DNA from: Acanthaster planci
Lineage: Eukaryota
Length of the DNA: 62,000 nt
Direction of reading: 5' to 3'
NCBI RefSeq assembly: GCF_001949145.1
Contig: NW_019091404.1
Coordinates: 1,488,001-1,550,000 of the forward strand
The notes under the pieces were generated by a model, which was not told where the DNA came from, did no database searches, and saw nothing but the letters and a program-made list of their open reading frames with translations. Shown here in pieces: positions 14,901 to 26,729 of the stretch. Both the position numbers and the translations under genes were made by a program. Every line of letters begins with the position of its first letter. The first letter of the stretch is position 1.

Positions 14901-17900
14901 GGCTCCTCTGTCTTCTCTACTTCCTCCTACTAATGCCTTGACATTATTAAATAGGGATCTTCCCAAAAACAACACTCAATCAGAGGCTCCAAGATACAGT
15001 TGGCTTGTGCTGCGCCTTACCTGGATGGGGCAACACCGATGAGATTCGGGCCTAATCCCCGGAAGAGAGCACTTGGACCCTCATGCTCCAAGATGTACCT
15101 GGTAACAAAAACACAGACTTCATCACAATGATGTTCCAGCATTTGGGGTCCTCTCCCTATTTTACACTATAAACATCTGCACCAATTTCAGCAACTTAAG
15201 ATTCCATTTTCAACTCAATCAAATCAAGAGCACTGTGTGTAAGGTAAATGTGGCTTTAACCCAATTTCACGGTGTTGCAATCCTCCACTACCGTCAACCA
15301 ACATTGAGCAATTAATGTAAATAACTTTAACAACTGCATCAATTTAAAATTTTACGTCAAGCTTTGGCCTTCACCAAAGGTTTTTGTTTTTAATATAAAT
15401 GACTTGCAGATGAAAAAGCCTCTCCACAGTGTTCTGGAGCCAACGGCAGAGTGCAAGAGCAGCACAGACAATGCATGATTGTCATATTGATCAATGCATC
15501 AGGCATGCGTTTGCAAACAAAATTGTTCGACTGATTTTTATGTGAACGTGCAAAATTGTGCATACTCCCAAGTTCTACAGAGGACCATCCCCCTCCCTTA
15601 CCCCAACCCCACCCCCAATAAACTGGTCTTTTTCTATGCACACCTTCCTTGAGCTCTTCCACCCAAAAAAAAAAAAAAAAAAAATCATCCTAATCTATTT
15701 ACCTGAGGCATCTGATGACTCCAAGGGACTGCCTGCTGTAACCTTTGACCTGCGTGACCCCTCCTTCCGTGGTTGACAACCCAGCATTCACACTGGGTAC
15801 ATACACTTTGCGCAGTGATGTGTTGGACGACTGTAACCTTGTTTTGACGACTTCAAGCGGACATGTTATTATTGCACCAAGTGTACCTCCAGCCCTGCAA
15901 ATGAAAAAAGACAGAATCCCATCAGACATGTAGACCCTACATGCAACATACGTCTTACGCACGAACTCTAACATTGCTACAAGTATTTTAATGGCATCGA
16001 GTTAAATCCAATAAAAAGTCATTCAACAGTCAAGCAAGTGTTTTCCCATACTGAACAGTATCAGCGGCGCTGAAGGTGGTGAAGTACTTCACAACGGTGG
16101 ACATTATGGGGGCACTTTTTTTTGTATTGCTTTCAAGAAAAAATGTTTACCTCAGGATATAATCCACCAAACGGAAGTGGCAAGAACACACTGATTTACT
16201 TCAGTTTGTCGGCCATCTTTTTACAGAGAGGAAATGAAGAAAGGATTTTTTTCACACTCTCAAGTACATTTTCAACTACCTTGCATATCAGCTCTCTTTG
16301 AATGGCTTAATATGGTTTTTTTCCCCCCTGCAATCACCCACGCAGATCCTTTAACATGCCTAACCATTGTACATAGGTGATGCAACACAGAATTACTGGG
16401 AATATTTGGGGAAAAAGCCCCCCCCTCACTAGAGACTAATCGATGAGACACAAGTGACAACAAAGGTTTGAGGACTCCCCCCCCCCAATCCACACAACGC
16501 ACACCATGGAAATTCTTGGGCAAAAAAATCAATGCCAGACCAGTGAAAAAAGGAGTCACTCAACCCTGTGAAGCTATGGGAAGCCAGTACACACAAAACA
16601 GGTAACAGCTATTGCTTGACAGTCACATGTAGTACATACAGTCTTCTTCAAACTGGAACAAAATGAATCAACCCCAAGTGGAAGATGGGACAGTGGACAT
16701 CAAAATAACAGTGGAGAACTTAGGAAGTTGATTTTCCATATCTCATCAGACCTCCCTTAACCCCCCTTGAATTAACAACTACCACGAAGCCTTGCTCAAA
16801 TTGGTTTTACTTGTTCTTTAAAAATACCCCTTCACAATAATTCAGCACACGTGTACACAACTTTTGCCACAAGGTTTCCTGGGGGAGGATGGACATCACG
16901 GCTTGAGAAAAGTGACTTTGGAACTTTTTTGTTGTCTAACTTGTCTGTTCATATCTTACTGAGTTCAGGAGAGCCTGAAGTGTCTTATGCAAACTGGTTT
17001 GGCCTTGTTCTCTACTGAACTTCCTAGGTACACAATAAACGGTTGACTTTTTGTAATTTCAAGATTTGACTGATTGAAAAAATAAACAGAAGAAACATGC
17101 ACATGAGGAGGCAAAAGAACTAGGTACGTTTCCTCTGAATTCAATCCCAGTCCGTTGAACAGACACCTTTCCCATTAAAAGACATTATTTCCCTTTTCTG
17201 TCAAAGAATTTCCTGCACAGAATTTATCTTCAAATGTTGATCAATTATTATGGTCTTATCAGTTGTTAATCTCTGCTTACAAGCCAGACAATAGCATCAA
17301 GGGGTCTTTGGACCCTATTCACATACAAATCATACATTACATACATACATTTAGAGCACTGCCATGCTCTAAAAGCCAATATTCCACTAACATTTTGACC
17401 TGCATCACCTGAGCATAAGAATGAGAACCTCTTGTGGCCTTCAACCCTAACAATCCCCAACCAGCCAAACTCAGCAGTATACAACTAGCATGCACATTTT
17501 TGTTCATGACTTTATGGCTCACACATGCTCATGTCACAACAGCGGCAATTCACTGCCCCCAAGAGATGTGTATTAAGGTAAAGACACAGCAAGGCAGATA
17601 TCTGCCCTTTATGTTAACATTCCAGGATTGGCTCCAAGGTTACATTAAAGACACTCGGTGGCGAGGGAGCAGTACCCTCCAAGTAATGAAAATAGATCTC
17701 TGGGAATCCATGGACCAGTCCTTTTTTTTTTAACAGATCTGCAGAATTAATACTTCCAAAGAGAGAGGGTGGGTTCGTCATTGCGCACGTCCGGAATACA
17801 TTTCACAGCTGGCAAACTTTGGAGAATCTGCTAGTACCAGCCACAAAAGATGTCCTGCCAAGCCCAATTATGTATCAGGAACAGGAGTCATCATTCCAGC

Positions 17901-19999
17901 ATGTACATGTGCCAGCGGCAGGCCAATCCAGTTTAAGCCAGTCATTTCACCTGATAAAACAGCCCTTGCTTTTATATGTTAATGAGGGCTGTCCCTGATA
18001 ACAAATATAAGTAGCAGGCATTCTGATAATCTGATGCTCAACTAACTGGGGGAGGGAGGCTTAGATATGTCCTGCATTGTTCAGTGCTGTCAAAAAAAAC
18101 CAAAAAACAATACTGTCAGAATTTGTGCAAACAATTTGTGCCGACAACCTTCAACAGCGCATGGTGTAATTTACAATGAAACCAGAATAAAGTTCACTAA
18201 TACTGCCAAATAATTCACGTGTGATGTGTATGCATTCAATGTGCATGTTCAGTAGGCGTAACCGGCTCAACTTGGAAAAAGTAGCCCAGAACTAGATCTT
18301 AGATGCAAAAATTGGAATTCAAATTATGAAATGTTCATGGTAGATGATGTGCAAGTGAGCACATTTACATTTCATTAATTAATGTATTTTGCATTGCTTT
18401 TATTATACATGAATTAGCAATTAGCTAAACCTACCGGTACATTAGTATTGAAACTTTAAGTCCTGGCTTGTTTTACATTTTTTTCATGGGGTAAAGTAGG
18501 GGTGTCTTCGCACTGGCCTAACTTCAAGTAGGAAATATCTGCACCATTGTTTCCAACACTGCATTTCTCACATTCAAAAAGTTTCAATTTGATGTTGGCC
18601 TATAGGCCTAATTTCTGAATAAAATTTGAAAATGATGGGTAGGGCCTATTAATTTGAAATAAAGTGGATGTTTAAAATTCATCAAAGTTGTAGAAGATAA
18701 GTTCCAGGTAAGCTGAACCTTTGATGAGTTCTATCTAATGGATGGATGCTCCCATTTTAACAGGCTTTGCACTGTTGCATTTACTTCGAAAACTCAAAAT
18801 CACTACTCCGTCATACACTGTGTGACTTTGAGCCAACATGGTTCACATGGTGTCGTAATGCTATGGGGGGGGGATTTTTAAGTATCGCAAATCTGAACTG
18901 TTTCCTCTATGGGCGAACATGGTCCTCTAACGAAATCGCAGGAGAGGCCCAAATGTAGTTGGGGCACAACACGTATTGACCAGGAAACAGTCGTTGGTAG
19001 CACTCCCAACCATCACGTTTGAGTCTTGTGCCCAGCCCACGTATAGGCCACCCATGGGTGTTTCTGGGAGGACTATGTTTCGCCCATAGAGTTATTGCGT
19101 ATTCTAAATCTTGATACGTGCATTTGAAAGGTAAAGGCAGCAAAGTTCAAGTGCTGTGCGTGTGTCAAGCAAACACGGTCTCATTTTAAGTCAGAAATAT
19201 CACCGAAGCCCCAACTGTTTGACGTTGGCATTGACAGACGCCAGTAGGTGGTGATAGAGGTACTTTTAGTGAGTCTGAAATTTTTGAGAACCATTTCAAC
19301 CTTACTATATGTACAGGCATGGAGCGTTAGTACGACGATCCCGTCCAAAATCCAAAAAAGAATACTAACCCTCCACTTAGCTAAGATCAAAGTCACATGG
19401 AGTATGTCGGAAGGATGAAATTGAGTTCCTGACGTAGGCCTAGGGCCTATTATGCATTTATCTCACCGAAACCTTTCAGTTACAGATGATGTAGGCCTAG
19501 GCCTAAGGTTTGTCCATATTGAATAAAAAATTAAAATCATGGAAGCTACTATCTAGCTAGTAAACGTAGGCCCAGATGGCCTTCTCAGGTCACAAAAACG
19601 ACACATCTCGGAGTTAAGGCTTAGCTCACGTGGATATGAGCGTGATAGTGTAGCCAAAACCATGGAATCACAAAGAGATTTAGGCCTAATAATTGATTGC
19701 TTATGTAAAACTCTGGTTGGCCTTCAGAAGTATTTATGTAACACATCCTCCATTCCTTTGAAGCTGAGAACGTTACATAATCATCGAAACCATCAAGTCA
19801 ATGTTGACAAGGCCACACTCCCCCCAACGTGCCCACAGAAGACGTAACGGGCGTGCAATGCACAGCCAGCATGCCCAGCCCGTTTCAGAGAAATTTCTCA
19901 TGTCAAGAAAGCGCTAGATCACGCAGTTTATCTCCATTGTTTTACTTACCCTCCTGCAATTACATGGGTCATATGAGCTGAAATCACTTGATTGTGCAT
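11921..19999 (-). CDS. SLC25A36: Mitochondrial pyrimidine nucleotide carrier SLC25A33/36 homolog, 317 aa; exons 19999-19950, 15894-15703, 15098-15021, 14665-14565, 13977-13911, 12765-12497, 12117-11921
   Basis: Translation: [40 protein letters not shown]...|[37 protein letters not shown]...|[19 protein letters not shown]...|[30 protein letters not shown]...[25 protein letters not shown]...[14 protein letters not shown]...*. The three carrier repeats ([24 protein letters not shown]) are characteristic of SLC25A33/36/Rim2. The CDS totals 954 nt, all introns are GT-AG, and phases are consistent. Confidence 0.96.
13093..13322. mobile_element. PIF/Harbinger-like MITE, 230 bp, in SLC25A36 intron 5
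   Basis: Terminal inverted repeat (TIR) of about 34 bp: gggcctatttcatagagctgcttaagcacaaaat and attttgtgcttaagcagctctatgaaattggccc. Flanks caa and cag resemble a 3-bp TSD. Confidence 0.75.
18905..19091. mobile_element. Palindromic MITE-like element, 187 bp, in SLC25A36 intron 1
   Basis: ctctatgggcgaacatggtcctc pairs with gaggactatgtttcgcccatagag. A second internal inverted pair is also present (gggcacaa and ttgtgccc). Confidence 0.6.
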
Positions 20000-20049
20000 C
20001 TTGCTGTCTTCAAATCCAGAAGTTGCACGTAAAATTGCCATACGTATCC

Positions 20050-22300
20050 ATTCCTTTTCCACTCAGATCTATTCACCACGCGCACGGATTACACGTTCCC
20101 CACATAATGTTTACACCACCAAAGTGTAATTCCATTGCATACGCTACGAACATGAACAGTTTTTCATAGTCCCCGTGTTCACGGAATCCCCAAACCTTAG
20201 TCACGCGTCTACCACATGATGAAAACATTACACACAGCCTTCCATTCGATCCTGATTGGTCAGACATTTGACCGAAAAGTTCATGGACGACCCCTCACGT
20301 GAAGCGATCCGTCTGATTGGTCTCTATTTTTAGCTCTTATTGAAATGGCATGATAAGGCCAAGGGTTAAGAAACTGAATATTCATTAGTCTTGAATAAAT
20401 CATCCCGAAACCGCGGGCTTCCCTCTGTATGGTGTGCAGAACCGAACAAAACTCTTTGCAAAGCTCATAGCTAAGTAAGCAAGGATGTGATTTGCAATGA
20501 GAACAATAGAGAGCACGAATTTCACGCATTTTAATTAAAATCTTTTGCTTGGTGTTTCAGATCTGTCAAAATCAGACTTTACTAGGCCTTATGCTTTCTG
20601 AAAAAATTTGCCCTAAATTATTAAATTTTGCCCATTTTGTGGAAAGAAGTAGAATTTTTCTACAGACTGAAAATTCACTTCGAGTTGTTTTATGGATTAA
20701 AAATCATCGGTTTTCAGTTGTCTAAAACTTGTGATCGGTTCTCATTTTTCAATTTTCAGTTCAAATTAACTGTATGAATACATCGGTAAGACTTCTAAAA
20801 AGAAACATTGTTGTCCATTCCCCGGCAGCGTGCTGAAATTCCTGTTTTGTATCCTGATGGGTCGACCGACCACAGGAATTACGATTAAAAATTTGCTTCT
20901 TCAACACAACTTCCTTTGTAATTAAAATTTAGGTTTCTTAGCTTTCCAATGAAGTTGGCAGAGACCGGCCGTACTCTAGGCTGGATTTAGGAATAAAAAT
21001 ACATTTTTTTTATTCCTCAGTGGACACAGTGTCGATTAATTGCATCTTGACTCAATCAGTGCACATAAACGTTCGCTCATTGCGGAAAGTCGAACTTGTT
21101 ATTGGCGTTCACAACGTGGATTTGGGCTTGAAAGCTTTCAAATCATCCGCCCCCCCCCCATTAAGCTTTGGAGATGACGGCCCGTCACCGTGACACTGGC
21201 GTCCCCGGCCCCCTTTCATGAATGAATGCAGCGGCTCTTTTTCACGGCTTATCTCAGAAGGGTCATGAAAAGACAGGAAATTGACCCTGCACTGACAAAA
21301 TCATTAACGGGGCCCCATGTATCGAGAGAAGCTATGCCGCAACTGGGTTTCCCACATGGCAATTTTCTGAGTTGCATCAGTTTGCATCATCGTGGAGATT
21401 CCTATAAGCTTCTAATTCTACATGAGAGATAAAAAAAGAAAAAGAAAACAATTGAAAAAAACAAAAACAAAAACAAAACAAAACCCCCCCAAAAGCTTTT
21501 CTACTCATTGCAGAAAAATCGAGCATGATAATGAGCTCCATTCGGGGTAAATTCGGCGAGTAACACAAACTTCAGGCCTTCTACGATATACGGAAGGAGA
21601 GGATTAGGCCTATTCAGATGAACCACGTCATTATTATGCTCCGAGGACGCTATACATGTAAATGACGTCACCCATAAAGTTGGGGAGCGTCGCCCCTCAG
21701 TGAAATCAATAACTTAATTTCTGCTAGTTTTTGAAAACTTATGCTTTCCCAATCCAAGACCCCACCCCACGGAATCTAAGCCTGAACTCTATAATCGTTT
21801 TATCAAATACCAGTATTCAGAAATGTAAACAATGTCTTTTTGTCCCTCATGATTAGATGAATTTTTCCCAGTAGTTGTGGTGTTTAGATTTTAATTTATA
21901 TAGTCATATTTTCTATATTTTATTATATTCTAATTGTTTGATTATATTTCAGTTCAACTTTTATTGCTGTCTTTGTTCAAATTTTTACATAAATTTCTGC
22001 GACCTTTCTAAATGCTAACTTCTACTTTGACCATTTTTTTTAAATCTTGAACTTTTTCTTTGGTGGCTATTATAAAAACTCAAAGAGTGAATGAAAATTG
22101 CAACGCCCGAAATTTAATTTTAACGCAACTGAGCAGTGTGCGAAATTTAAACTGGATGAAGGAAGGGCTCTCAATTGGAGTTTTTTGGTAGTCAACAGAG
22201 GGCGCTGCTGCACTTAATATTATGTTCCGGTCACGATCGATCGTACGTACGTGTAGCTGGCTGGCTGGGCTGGCCAACTAAGTGCGATAGTCGGCTTCTT
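20050..22300. promoter_or_regulatory. Divergent (head-to-head) promoter region between SLC25A36 and PXYLP1
   Basis: Lies between the SLC25A36 ATG (19999, -) and the putative PXYLP1 non-coding exon 1. It contains two CTGATTGG (CCAAT) boxes near 20252 and 20313, CACGTG near 20296, CCACGTCAT at 21623 and TGACGTCA at 21663. It looks more CpG-rich than the gene bodies. Start sites are not determinable. Confidence 0.5.
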
Positions 22301-22384
22301 TCTTCATGTCATGTGGGTGTATTTAACGACTTTCTGTGGTACTAAATTAAACATTCCTCACTGGAGAATGGAATAGTTTCCAGG
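22260..22384 (+). other. Putative non-coding exon 1 (5' UTR) of PXYLP1
   Basis: Strong donor CAGG|GTAAGA at 22384/22385 and a matching acceptor ttttgttttctgcAG before 23080. The start position is approximate. Confidence 0.5.
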
Positions 22385-23165
22385 GTAAGATCTTTGCTCA
22401 GAAATGTTTTATTTTCATTTCGTTTAGCATTAAATTTAATTTGGTCAGTTAGTCCTCAGGATCACAGGATTTTGTGGGTGTTCAGAAGTTTAGCGTAATC
22501 TGAATCACTGTACCTGGGTTTTGCACAAATCACTGTAGGCCTGATCACATCCAAGTTGATTTTCCCATGAATGGATGTTATTTAATGGCAAATCAACTCA
22601 GGATGCAGTAGGCCTACAATAAAATTTCAGTAAAGCGTAGTCTTGAATCTTGAGCAAATTTAATTTGCGCAAGGTTCAAGATTGCGCTTAACCCAAACAT
22701 GGACACGTAGTACTAGCTGAGTATTAGAACTTACGTAAGTTTTTTGCCAAGTTATGATGTAGCCTTCACGATGTCATACCCCAGCCTGCAGAACTGCGGG
22801 GTTCAACATACCCCTAGAACTGGGGTCTATTGTCTGGCAAACTCCCACGGAGCTTGGCAGACTACGAACCCTATAGTTCAAGGATTGATACACCCCCTTC
22901 ACTTGTGAAAGGGAATGACAATGAACAGGTTTGAGTTGTGGGATTCCTTGCTATAACATGTATAACATCAATTCAAAGGCTCCCTGCTCAGGCCTAGTTT
23001 CTACATGTTTCTACCTCCGTGGTTTCTACAAGTACCTGAAGTCCAGGTTTTGCAGTGTTACTGCTTTTGTTTTCTGCAGGGTCACTAGCTTGTACAGAGC
23101 CAGCTCAAGAACTTGACAGACAGGATCAAGATGATGTGATGATGAAGGCAGAATAGCCATTGTGT

Positions 23166-26100
23166 ATGGCAGTAACCATGAGATACACATTCAGGAAGAA
23201 GCATGCCCTGGCTTTGTTTGCCATGCTGCTGTTCCTCTGCGCCATGTGTGAGTACCACCAACCCCATCAACAAATTCTTGAATTGTGATGAACTACTGAC
23301 CACCCGGCTGTTTTCTTCTGGAAACCAAACAGCATCTGCACGGAGGGATCTTTTGGTTTCCAGAAGTGTCACCTGCCCTGCCATTCCTCTCCTTACCGTC
23401 CACCCTTGTCCTGTCAGTTTTGAGTTTGTACACATTCCGTTGAAAATTGAATAGGATAGGTACACCCTGTGGTTTTGCATGCATCAAGCAGTCCAGTATG
23501 TGCATACTGGATGAGGGTTCCCAGACCTCAACTTTGACTTTGATTTTGGCTTCAGGCCCCAATTTTAGAAGTTGTGCAAGCCTTAGTTGAGATTCTTAAG
23601 CTCAACGCAGGTCCACTGTTCGCACGGGAAACATCGCACTGTCTAACATGAGGCTGAGGCTTGGAGTATTCTCATTTGGTTCTGACAGTGAATGCTTGAA
23701 ACCAATTGTGCACCTCAAGATGAACATGGAGAAAAAAGCTGAGATTTGCTAAATGTCTAGTGGGTCGTTCTGTCTCTGTCAAAAGTACCGGCAGATCATG
23801 CCGTGCCCCTCACAGAGTCAATAGACACAGAAGGAACGGTCAAACTTTCACCCACAGCTTCATGTTGTACACCGAAGATGTACATGTACTTCCTCATGTG
23901 ATGGTCAGTCTTCATCTTACAGGGATGTTAAAACAAGAAGGAGAGATTAGCAAAGAGCTGTCCACCTCATCCGTGCAGGAACTACAGCCAGTCAACCTGA
24001 TGTATCCCGTGGGGGAGGGGCAGTACAGGAAAGAACAGCAGCGCATTGTGCTGGAACAACAGCAGAGCTTCGGTTTGTGCTGGCTGCTCATAACATGTTC
24101 CGATCTAATTCAGATCTGCTTTCAATTTCCCATCTTTATTTCCCTATTGTAATGTTACGCATCCCATTCCTAATATCTACATATATTGTTTAGGTTTCTT
24201 AATGGTTACTTTTTTTGTGCGTCTATTTTGGTGGGTGATTTTTTGTGCATGGCATTCCTTACTCAAGCTTTTCCATTTTTTTAAAAATAAATGGGGCCTG
24301 GCAAACGTAATCCATTTGTGTAACTAAAGAATGCATATGAAAGCTTAGTGTTTGGTCATATGATCTTGTTTCAATGTGGATTTGTCATGTAGTGAATATT
24401 CAGAGAAGTTGTGAATTTTTTGTTCTGTTATTATCACTTTTGTCACGACTCTGTGATTTTTCTTTTTGGTAAAAATGTTTTAAGCAACATCCAAAATTAG
24501 GTTTTGATGCCCAGGATTCATTTGCAGTGGTCCTGGCTTACTTAAAAAGAAATTAATGACCCTGACGTCCCTGTGAGGACACAATATCTGTCTTTCTTCC
24601 CAATAATGCAGCTTTCCAAACCTATGACCATCATCTTGCTGAATTAATCCCTTCTGTTTCACAATTTTCCCCAAACTAGAAATGGATGTGGGTCCAGTTG
24701 AGATAAAAAGAGGCAACTACAAAACAGGAGGGTCTTGGTCCAGGGAAGCTCAGAAGAGCAAACCGATGATTTCAACCCCAGACAAGAAGAAGCCACAGGA
24801 GAAGAAGAAAGTCACCCACAAAAAGGTGGAGAAGCTTCAGAAGAGAAGGGACAAGGCCAAGAAAAACTGGGAGGCGATGGTGGAGATCCCCGAGCTTTCT
24901 CCTGTGGAGCTGGAGGAATTCCAGCAGAGGATGAAGGAGTACTGCAACCCACCGTGGGAGGAGGTTGATGGCGAAGAAGGTATGGGATGGTTGTCTTCTA
25001 CGGCCGTGAAATCTGGCCTTAATTTTGAGCAGGGATTTTCAGTGTTGTCCCAGTAGACTGGGTTTGAAATTGCTGTAATGATGTTAAATGTAATTAAAGT
25101 AACGCTTGTAAATTCTGGGCAGTTTTCTGGGATGAATAAAATCATTGGTGCTGCAACTTCCCACTATTATTATTAATTATTTCTGCTTATGACATCAAGA
25201 TTCTTCAAAAGCACCCTAGGCACTGTAGGTCGCTAGCCTGAAGAAACCTGTAGAGAGGAGACAATGAGAAGCAGTTACAGTTTTAGAGGTGGGAGGGAAA
25301 CTTCAGAGGAATATTCTGGGTAAAACCCCTGGAATGAGGTAGGGACTGAAAACCCAATCCACATGTGGACTGAGCCAGGAATTGAACCTGGACCGCAGAG
25401 ACAGAAGGTGAAATAGATCTACTACGCCAACCTGATCCCCTACAATGCTAGTAGTTTAACCAGTTGGTAAATCTTTGACTTTCAGGAAAAGTGAGTGAGG
25501 ATTATGGTTTGCATCACGTCCATGTGGTGGCACGCCACGGTGATCGCACCCCCATGACCCAATTCACCATCCCAGACATCACCGTCGACACCGACTTCAA
25601 CTGCGACCTGGAGACGGCAAGGGAGCAGCTACCGTCCTCGACGCTGCTGTCGCGCTTCATCGCGTCCATCACAGCCCAGGACGAGGCCTTACCGGCCTGG
25701 CCCCAGATGCCCTGGTTCCTGCGCCAGCTGCCCATCGGCGGCCATCAGCATCGGCGCTGCGGCCTGGCCCAGCTGACCCCCACGGGCTGGCTGCAGCTGA
25801 TGAAGCTTGGGGAGCGACTACGGCAGGCCTACACTGCCAAGCTGGTTCCCCACCGGGCCTACTTCCGTAACCCCAACATGACGCGCTTCAAGAGCACGGT
25901 CAACTCCCGCACCCAGCAGAGCGCCTTTGCCTTCATGTTTGGCTTCCTCCCGCGGCTGGAACTCCGGCACGGTGAGTGGCTGAAAGTTGCCGAGAACATC
26001 GACTTTTGTCCCTCCAACTGGAACTGCTCCTGCCCGGCTCAGTCCCGCCTAGAAAAAAGCAAACAGCAGCTCCAGTGGGCAGCACAGAAGAACTCCACGG

Positions 26101-26729
26101 AAGTCCAGCGGCTACTGAAATCGGTAGCAGCGCTGCTCATGAAGGAGCCCAAGACCAAGAGCTTGCCAGGAATCACGGGTCAGCAGGAACTTTACTCCGC
26201 CCTCATCTGTCACAAGAAGCCCCTCCCCTGCAGTCCCTATGGCTGCGTGGAGCAGAAACACTTGGCTAGAATCATCGCCTTCACGGACCGCGTCGGGCGG
26301 GAGCTGCGTAGCAAGGAGCACGGCCCCCACCAGAAGCTAGCACGGTTGGCCATGCACCCGTTGCTGACGCAGGTCGCCTTACAGATGAAGAAAATCAGCC
26401 ACGGTGCCTCCAACTACCCCAAGTTTGTCTTCTACTCGGGCCACGACATCACCGTAACCCCGCTCCTGGACGCACTGGGTTTGGGAGACTATCACTGGCC
26501 GCCTTACGCCGCAAACGTCGTCTTTGAGTTGTGGTCCAAATCGGCCGAGTTCTTCTTGCGCGTGCTGTACAGCGGCCGTGACCAGACCAGTGCAGTTCGT
26601 TTTTGCCGGAACAACCTGAATGCGGATGGCCTGTGCCCCCTGCGGTACTTCCTTAAGTTTGTCAACAAGGATAACATGGGGTTCTTTCACGTGGACAGTT
26701 ATCAAAAAGCTTGCGAGTTGACGTTTTAA
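23166..26729 (+). CDS. PXYLP1: 2-phosphoxylose phosphatase 1 (histidine acid phosphatase, type II Golgi membrane protein), about 591 aa; coding exons 23166-23247, 23923-24072, 24680-24979, 25486-26729
   Basis: N-terminal signal anchor MAVTMRYTFRKKHALALFAMLLFLCAMW, with an in-frame TAG upstream at 23154 (alternative start 23178). It has YCNPP, catalytic RHGDRTP and YSGHD, plus the PXYLP1-type motifs SRTQQSA..GFLP, FC..C.CP, PC...GCV, AANVVFELW and CPL...FV..D...Y..AC. All three coding introns are phase 1 GT-AG and the CDS totals 1776 nt. The two small 5' exons are less certain than the catalytic exon. Confidence 0.92.
25279..25440 (-). mobile_element. tRNA-derived SINE in the last PXYLP1 intron
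   Basis: The minus strand reads ggggatcaggt TGGCGTAGTAG (Pol III box A-like, 25429-25419) ... GGTTCAATTCC (box B, 25388-25378). This is followed by a tRNA-unrelated body (catgtggattgggttttcagtccctacc...tttccctcccacctctaaaact). Confidence 0.7.

Noticed and set aside
25370..25440. tRNA gene
   Set aside because: Boxes A and B are present but I see no convincing cloverleaf or acceptor stem, and the sequence continues into a SINE-like body.
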